Assembly (NCBI GenBank): GCA_013694695.1
Contig: JACDBX010000111.1
Location: 1 to 62,117 of the forward strand
Reading direction: 5' to 3'
Length of the DNA: 62,117 bases
Origin: Gemmatimonadales bacterium
GTDB taxonomy: Bacteria > Gemmatimonadota > Gemmatimonadetes > Gemmatimonadales > GWC2-71-9
Of this stretch, positions 56,144 through 62,117 are shown piece after piece. The notes below the pieces were generated by a model, which saw nothing but the letters and a program-made list of their open reading frames with translations, was not told the origin of the DNA and made no database searches. The position numbers were made by a program, and so were the translations under genes. The first letter of the stretch is position 1. Every line of letters begins with the position of its first letter.

Positions 56144-56973
56144 GCGGGGGGCCTCGGATCTACATCAGCGTCGACATGGAGGGGGTCGCGGGGATTGTCC
56201 ACGAGGACCAGACCAACCCCTTCGATCCGCGGTGGAGTTCCGAGTACAGCCGGGCGTGCCGGCTGATGACGAACGAGGCCAACGCGGCAATCGAGGGTGC
56301 GCTCGCCGCGGGGGCATCACGCATCGTCGTGAACGATTCCCACTGGCACATGCGAAACATCATCCCCGAGTTGCTGCACCCCTTTGCGGAGCTCTCCAGC
56401 GGGTCGCCCAAGCCATGGTCGATGGTGCACGGGATCGACGACGGCTTCGACGCATTGTTCCTCGTCGGGTATCACGCCCGCGCCGGCACAGCGAACGCCG
56501 GGATCGACCACACGTACACCGACGTGATCCACGGCGTGCGCCTCGAGGGCGAGGTCGTCGGCGAACTCGGCCTCAACGCCGCATTCGCGGCGGCACACGG
56601 GGTGCGCACCACATTGGTGACGGGAGACGCAGCCGTCTGCCGGGAAGCGGAGGAACGGCTTCCCGGTGTTGCCACGGTGTCGGTCAAGGAGAGCCTGGGC
56701 CGTCAGTCGGCGCGATCGGTGCACCCCGACGTGGCGTGTGCCCGGATCCGTGACGGTGCCACCCGGGCGGCGACACATGACACGCCCCTCCGGCGGGTCG
56801 GGTCACCGTGCACGATCGAGGTGGATTTCGTCCGCACCCACCACGCCGACATGGCGGAACTCGTCCCGGGATCGATCCGGAACGGCGACCGGACAGTGAC
56901 CTTCCGGCACGCCGATTATCGTGAGGTGTTCCGGGCGTGGCGGGCGATGTACAACCTGGCGAACGTTCCCTGA
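56140..56973 (+). CDS. dppA: D-aminopeptidase DppA (peptidase M55 family)
   Basis: 277 aa from ATG 56140 (ATGA overlap). IYISVDMEGVAGIV, VVNDSHWHMRN, GYHARAG. Confidence 0.88.
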   Translation: MSGGPRIYISVDMEGVAGIVHEDQTNPFDPRWSSEYSRACRLMTNEANAAIEGALAAGASRIVVNDSHWHMRNIIPELLHPFAELSSGSPKPWSMVHGIDDGFDALFLVGYHARAGTANAGIDHTYTDVIHGVRLEGEVVGELGLNAAFAAAHGVRTTLVTGDAAVCREAEERLPGVATVSVKESLGRQSARSVHPDVACARIRDGATRAATHDTPLRRVGSPCTIEVDFVRTHHADMAELVPGSIRNGDRTVTFRHADYREVFRAWRAMYNLANVP

Positions 56974-56984
56974 ACACCGGGCGC

Positions 56985-57806
56985 TCAGGGCAAAGGCAGC
57001 GGCTCGACCGGCGCAAGCTGCACCCTTGGAATCCGGCCGCCACGCACCATCCGCACACGGTCGCCGTCGGGCCCGGGTAGCTCGCGCCGCATGACGGTGC
57101 GGTCGTCACCGGCCACCCAGTACTTCCGTTGCACGTTGTCGAGTTCGGTCGTCACCACCCATGTGGGGCGGAACTTCACGACGCCGCGGTGCACCGACAC
57201 CATTGCCTCGCCGCGCAGCACGTCGAACTTCATCCAGCGCATTTCATCTGGCCGGTTCTCGAGGACGATCGGGAGCGACCCGCTATATCCGGCCTGCAGC
57301 GGCAGGGTCGCAATGATCAGGTCGATTCCGGTCATCGCGTAGGGTTCCGCGGGCAGCAGCACCTTTCGTCGCGCGGTGCGGCCATTCGGGGTGCGCCGCT
57401 CGATCTCGACCGCACGGCGGTTGATCGTCATGCGCAGGTCGCCCGATGCGTCGCGACGCCAGGTCGCAAGGGTCTTGAGTGACCAGCGATCGTACCACAC
57501 GCTGTCCTCGATGGTCGTGCCACCGGCGATCGGCATCCGCCGGGTCAGGAGCCACGCTTCGTCCTTGCCCCACCTGGCCGTGTCAAGTTCAACGCTCCCC
57601 TCTGCAAGCGTGGTCGTGTCTCCCTCCGCCCGGATCATGCGTTCCGTCGACAGTGCCGGAGCCAGGATGGCGCCATCGGGACGCGGCGCAAAACCGTAGA
57701 AACCGTAGTTGGGAAGTTCGAAACCGACCGCAGAACAGGCACTGATCAGCACCGAAAGCGAACAAACCGCGAAACCGCCCATCAGGGGGCGCCGGAAATG
57801 AGTCAT
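56985..57806 (-). CDS. hypothetical lipoprotein
   Basis: 273 aa from ATG 57806. Signal peptide plus lipobox VLISAC. No family recognised. Confidence 0.6.
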   Translation of the reverse strand: MTHFRRPLMGGFAVCSLSVLISACSAVGFELPNYGFYGFAPRPDGAILAPALSTERMIRAEGDTTTLAEGSVELDTARWGKDEAWLLTRRMPIAGGTTIEDSVWYDRWSLKTLATWRRDASGDLRMTINRRAVEIERRTPNGRTARRKVLLPAEPYAMTGIDLIIATLPLQAGYSGSLPIVLENRPDEMRWMKFDVLRGEAMVSVHRGVVKFRPTWVVTTELDNVQRKYWVAGDDRTVMRRELPGPDGDRVRMVRGGRIPRVQLAPVEPLPLP

Positions 57807-57947
57807 CGGCCCAGGAAGTTGGAGGAAGAGGCGCACCGCGGGGGGATCTACCTTGGACCCGTCATGGTTGTCCACAGTCACAAGCATCCTCGCATCGGGT
57901 CGAAAATGGAAGCCTTAACATCGAGTGGCGGCCGCCGTCGACAACGC

Positions 57948-59561
57948 ATGAGATACAGATTCATGGCGGCACTGGTGGCCACGTCCCTGATGGCAGCGCC
58001 GCTCCCGGCCCAGGTCGCGATGTCGACACGCGACTCCGCTCGACACCTGCTCGACCGCCTCGGATACGGCCAGGCACCGGGAAACGTTGAGTCCATTGCC
58101 CGGACCGGCGTGCTGCAATGGGTCGAGGCCCAACTGAACGAACCCGGCGTCGACCGGGCACTGGCAGCGCGTGAAACGCGGTTCGAGGTGCTCAGCGTTC
58201 CCACCCGCGACATGGTCGCGATGCATGCAGGCCAGGTTCGCCGAGCCGCAGCCGACACCGCAGCGGGCCGGCGAGCTCCAGCGCGAACGATGGCGGATGC
58301 ATCCAATGGCCGCAGTCTCAGGAGCCTCAACGCCGAGCTCGCTGCGGTGACGCTGGTGCGGGCGGTCGAGGCCGAGGCACAGTTGCACGAAGTGCTCGCC
58401 GACTTCTGGCTCAATCACTTCAATGTCTTCGTCAACAAGGGTTTCGATCGTGCGTACTTTCGCGATTACCTGGAACGCACCATCCGTCCCAACGTCATGG
58501 GAACATTCTCGGCGCTGCTGAGCGCCACGGCCCACAGCCCCGCGATGCTCTTCTACCTCGACAATGCGAAGAGTGTCGCGCAACGTACCGGCGACGAGCG
58601 CGACCGGACACCGCGAGTCGGGATGGTCGGCCGGCGCCGCGGTGTCGATCCGGCGCGCCCGCCCGCCGCATCGCGCGCGCCGAGCGGGCTCAACGAGAAC
58701 TACGCGCGGGAGCTGCTCGAGCTGCACACCGTCGGCGTCGATGGCGGGTACACCCAGCAGGACGTGGTGGATGTCGCCCGGATCCTCACCGGCTGGAGTG
58801 TGGGACGTGGCAACCAGGGGCCGGGATTCGTCTTCAACGCGCGCCAGCACGACCGGGGTGCAAAGCAGGTGCTCGGGGTCACATTTCCTGCGGGCGGCGG
58901 CGAGGAGGAGGGCGCCCGTCTCCTCTCGATGCTCGCCATGCATCCCGCGACGATGCGACACGTGTCGGGCAAGCTGTGTGCACGGTTGGTTTCCGATGAA
59001 ACCGCGCCCGGGTGCATCGACGCGGCCGTTGCCGCGTGGAGAGCGAGTGGCGGCTCGATCGCCGAAGTGGTCCGGGCGATCGTCCATGCACCGGACTTCT
59101 GGGCCCCGGAAAACCACCACGCGAAGTTCAAGTCGCCACTGGAGTTTGTAGTCAGCGCCGTCCGCGCGATCGGCGCGCGCCCCGATGGCACGCCCCGACT
59201 GGCGCAGCAGCTCGCCCTCCTCGGCCAGCCGCTCTTCCAGCAAACCGTCCCCACCGGTTACCCCGAGTCGGAGGAGGCGTGGACCAACAGTGGCGCACTC
59301 CTCGCCCGCATGAACTTCGCGATCGCTCTGGCAGCCGGGAGCATTCCCGGGGTCACGACGGACCTGGACCGAATCGTCCCTGCGACGGCGGATCAGGCTG
59401 CGTTGATCGACGGTATCAACCGCGACATCCTGGGCGGTGCACTGGGACCGCGAACTCGCGAGACGATCGCGCGCGATATCGCCGGGATCACCGACCCAGT
59501 CGCAGCTCGGGCGAGGGCGGTCGGACTCGCACTCGGCGGGCCCGAGTTCCAGAGACAGTGA
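57948..59561 (+). CDS. DUF1800 domain protein
   Basis: About 537 aa. Signal peptide MRYRFMAALVATSLMAAPLPAQ. DFWLNHFNVF motif. ATG 57906 is an alternative start. Confidence 0.85.
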   Translation: MRYRFMAALVATSLMAAPLPAQVAMSTRDSARHLLDRLGYGQAPGNVESIARTGVLQWVEAQLNEPGVDRALAARETRFEVLSVPTRDMVAMHAGQVRRAAADTAAGRRAPARTMADASNGRSLRSLNAELAAVTLVRAVEAEAQLHEVLADFWLNHFNVFVNKGFDRAYFRDYLERTIRPNVMGTFSALLSATAHSPAMLFYLDNAKSVAQRTGDERDRTPRVGMVGRRRGVDPARPPAASRAPSGLNENYARELLELHTVGVDGGYTQQDVVDVARILTGWSVGRGNQGPGFVFNARQHDRGAKQVLGVTFPAGGGEEEGARLLSMLAMHPATMRHVSGKLCARLVSDETAPGCIDAAVAAWRASGGSIAEVVRAIVHAPDFWAPENHHAKFKSPLEFVVSAVRAIGARPDGTPRLAQQLALLGQPLFQQTVPTGYPESEEAWTNSGALLARMNFAIALAAGSIPGVTTDLDRIVPATADQAALIDGINRDILGGALGPRTRETIARDIAGITDPVAARARAVGLALGGPEFQRQ

Positions 59562-59568
59562 GCCGACC

Positions 59569-60816
59569 ATGATCTCGCGGCGTGCATTCATGAAGGCTGG
59601 TTCACTCGCGCTGGTATCGCTCGGCGCCGATCCGCTCTTCGTCGACCGCGCCGCCTATGCGCTGCGCCATGCCGGGGGCCGGGCACGGGGACGGACGCTG
59701 GTGTGCCTCTTCCAGCGGGGCGCGGTCGATGGCCTCTCGATGGTCGTTCCGGTTGCGGATCCGGCCTACTGGACCAATCGTCGCCGGATCGCGATTGCCC
59801 GCCCCGAGTTGCTCGCGCTGGACGGACAGTTCGCGCTTCATCCGCGGCTCGCTCCCCTTCGCGCGCTCTGGGACCGGAAACAACTTGCGATCGTGCATGC
59901 CGTGGGTTCGCCATCATTGACGCGATCGCACTTCGACGCGCAGGATTTCATGGAGACCGGGGCGCCCGACCAGCGCTCGACCACCGATGGCTGGGCCAAC
60001 CGGTACTGCCAGAATCCCACCCAGCATGCCGACACGCCGTTCAGGTCGGTGGCGTTCGGTGCTCAGCTGCCGCGTACCCTTGCCGGCAGCGCCCCCGCCC
60101 TCGCCATCAAGGATCTTCGCACCTTCGGCCTGCGCGAAGCGCGGGAGGATGGCGACCGTCCCCTCACCACTGCATTCGAGTCGCTGTATGGTGGCAACGC
60201 CACCGGGCTCGTGGCGTCATCGGCCGCCGAGGGCTTCGAGGCGATCCGGATGCTTCGGGTCGCGAACCCCGCGAACATCGGGACTGCCAATGGTGCCGAG
60301 TATCCTCGCGGCGAACTGGGGAGCTCGATGCGGCAGGTGGCTCAGCTCATTCGCGCCGACCTGGGGGTGGAGATCGCATTTGTTGACGTCGGCGGCTGGG
60401 ACACCCACGTGAACCAGGGAGCGGCGCAGGGCCAGCTCGCGACGCGGCTGAACGACCTGGGCGCAGCGATCGGCGCCTTCGTGACCGATCTCGGTGATCG
60501 AATGGCGGACGTCGCGCTCATCACCATGAGCGAGTTCGGGCGAACGGTGCGGGAGAACGGCACCGGCGGGACCGACCACGGACACGGTACCGCGATGTTC
60601 GTCATCGGCGGGGACGTGCGGGGTGGGGCGGTGCACGGCAACTGGCCCGGGCTCGGCGCTGACGCCTTGCACGAGGGACGGGACCTCGCCGTTACCACCG
60701 ACTTTCGAACCCTGTTCTCCGAGGTTCTTCAGGGCCACTTGGGCGCGGTCGACCTGAAGGGAGTGTTCCCGGGCTTCACCGGGAGCCCGACCCTCGGAGT
60801 CTACCCTTCCTCGTGA
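59569..60816 (+). CDS. DUF1501 domain protein (sulfatase/phosphatase-like fold) with Tat signal
   Basis: 415 aa from ATG 59569. Tat motif SRRAFMK. GGWDTH and TMSEFGRT...GTDHG motifs. Confidence 0.9.
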   Translation: MISRRAFMKAGSLALVSLGADPLFVDRAAYALRHAGGRARGRTLVCLFQRGAVDGLSMVVPVADPAYWTNRRRIAIARPELLALDGQFALHPRLAPLRALWDRKQLAIVHAVGSPSLTRSHFDAQDFMETGAPDQRSTTDGWANRYCQNPTQHADTPFRSVAFGAQLPRTLAGSAPALAIKDLRTFGLREAREDGDRPLTTAFESLYGGNATGLVASSAAEGFEAIRMLRVANPANIGTANGAEYPRGELGSSMRQVAQLIRADLGVEIAFVDVGGWDTHVNQGAAQGQLATRLNDLGAAIGAFVTDLGDRMADVALITMSEFGRTVRENGTGGTDHGHGTAMFVIGGDVRGGAVHGNWPGLGADALHEGRDLAVTTDFRTLFSEVLQGHLGAVDLKGVFPGFTGSPTLGVYPSS

Positions 60817-61071
60817 TCTGACCACGGGTCCAGGGCGACCACGAACCATGTGACGACCTGCGCACAGTCAAGGTCTCAACGGCTACCTTCGGACCACACC
60901 GTTGCGTTCCTCGCCGGGCCGCAGGACATCAATGGGCCGAATCCCGGCAATCCTCCCGTCCCTGTCCGCCTGCGGTCGATCAGGCGGGGCCCGATGGTGG
61001 CCCCGCCGGGAAGTTGCGGGGTGGTGAGGGAGTCGCGGCGGGGGCGCTGTAGAGCGACGCACACAGTGATC

Positions 61072-62117
61072 ATGATGCTCGGCGTCGCATGCAGTCATTC
61101 CCCCACCACCGCCACCGTTCCCTACACGCCAGACGACGCGCCATTCACCGCGACTACCCCGATCCGGCTCACATACGATCCGGGCATTGATGCGTTCGCG
61201 TCGTTCTCACCCGACGGTGCGACGATGCTGTACGCATTCCAACCCCGTGATCGCGATGATCACGACCGTTGCATCGGCTTCATGCCGGCCGGTGGTGGAA
61301 GCCGGGAGGAACATTGCGACAACACTGGCATCGGGGCGGCACGAACCGACGCACTCGAGTATCCAGCCCTCAACAATCGCGGCGACCTGCTCTACGCCCG
61401 CTACGCGTCTGCCATCGGCGATTTCATCCCCAACACCGCCGAGATTTCGCTCCAGCTCGCGACCCGCGACGCACCGCTGGCTGCGCGGAACATCCTGCAG
61501 CTCCCGATGCTGGTCGAGGGCGTGGGTCTGACACGGATCGGGCGAATTCGCTGGGCGAGCGACGACGTACTCTACTTCGCGGCCGAGGAGATGACCCTGC
61601 TCCGCAATCCGATCTCCACGAGCTTCCGCGACACGGTGGTCACGGGCAACGGTCTCATCCGGGGGACCCGGATGGCGTCGGGCTTTCGATTCGAGACCGT
61701 CGGCGGGATTCTCGATGCCAGCGACTTCGACTTCTCGGTCGGTCGCGACACCATCTTCTTCACCCGGAGCCGTGGCAACCGATTGTACGCGGTGGCCACT
61801 GACGGGACGGTCGGGTCAGTCGTATACTCTGCCCCTCAATCGCCGGGTCGGCCACGCCAATTGCGGAGCCCGGCCAGGGTCGGGAGGCTTGTGGTGGCCG
61901 CCTTGCAGGACATCGACAGGTCCGAGCCGCCGCTCTATCCGGCGGGACTGGCTGCCGGCGCAAGTCTCCAGTTGATCGAAACCCGAAACGGGACGGCAAC
62001 GACGCCGCAGGAGGCGTCGGTGGTGGTGCCCTCGTTCGGACGGGTAGCCACCATGCCCGGCAGTTGCAGGATCGTGGTCGAGTTCAGGCACCGTCAATCA
62101 GTCAGCTTCACGACTGA
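61072..62117 (+). CDS. lipoprotein, possibly beta-propeller (TolB-like repeats), 3'-truncated by the window end
   Basis: I translated this open frame by hand from ATG 61072 to the window end. It contains no stop and is not in the ORF track. Lipobox MMLGVAC. FSPDGATMLYAF-type repeat. Confidence 0.5.
   Translation, partial: MMLGVACSHSPTTATVPYTPDDAPFTATTPIRLTYDPGIDAFASFSPDGATMLYAFQPRDRDDHDRCIGFMPAGGGSREEHCDNTGIGAARTDALEYPALNNRGDLLYARYASAIGDFIPNTAEISLQLATRDAPLAARNILQLPMLVEGVGLTRIGRIRWASDDVLYFAAEEMTLLRNPISTSFRDTVVTGNGLIRGTRMASGFRFETVGGILDASDFDFSVGRDTIFFTRSRGNRLYAVATDGTVGSVVYSAPQSPGRPRQLRSPARVGRLVVAALQDIDRSEPPLYPAGLAAGASLQLIETRNGTATTPQEASVVVPSFGRVATMPGSCRIVVEFRHRQSVSFTT

Noticed and set aside
57915-59591. 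558-aa minus-strand ORF
   Set aside because: It is antisense to the DUF1800 gene. The composition is Arg/Gly/Asp-rich and no domain is recognisable.

Overview
This is a 62.1 kb, very GC-rich window (roughly 68-70% by eye) of densely packed bacterial chromosome. It holds about 65 protein genes, and many of them are joined by overlapping stop/start codons (ATGA, GTGA, TGATG). I found no rRNA, tRNA, CRISPR array, transposase, integrase or prophage genes. Gene content and protein signatures suggest a Gemmatimonadota-like or similar high-GC environmental lineage, but I cannot verify this without a search.

Recognisable core genes:
- DNA replication and repair: uvrA, recF-dciA(DUF721)-gyrB, ligA, sbcCD, HU.
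- Metabolism: sdaAA/sdaAB, glpK, deoA, tdk, coaE, queD, aroH, pheA, fadD-like, an aspartate aminotransferase.
- Transport and respiration: ccmE-ccmF-ccmH, a dpp/opp-type peptide ABC operon.

Most interesting observations:
1. A tandem array of four paralogous small membrane proteins plus a 29-aa mini-ORF. All end in an R-x-DFAERLL motif, and the array feeds into a ybjN-like/pspA/DUF1611 operon. This is a candidate new Psp-type envelope-stress module.
2. A tightly coupled nurA-herA-sbcD-sbcC-GNAT operon, a bacterial mirror of the archaeal herA-mre11-rad50-nurA cluster.
3. A complete leader-peptide attenuator (FFF codons, four pairing segments, U-tract terminator) in front of an ACT-less pheA + aroH operon.
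4. A DEAD-box helicase homolog with every catalytic motif degenerate but an intact DbpA RNA-binding domain. It is preceded by an orphan intrinsic terminator.
5. A System I cytochrome c maturation cluster with the rare CXXXY (Cys) CcmE variant.
6. A perfect 15-bp inverted repeat that would sequester the ribosome-binding site of an uncharacterised lipoprotein gene.

The ORF track translates alternative start codons (GTG/TTG) as M. Many long ORFs in the track are antisense or out-of-frame artefacts of the high GC content. Gene starts given here are trimmed by homology, Shine-Dalgarno position and start/stop coupling.
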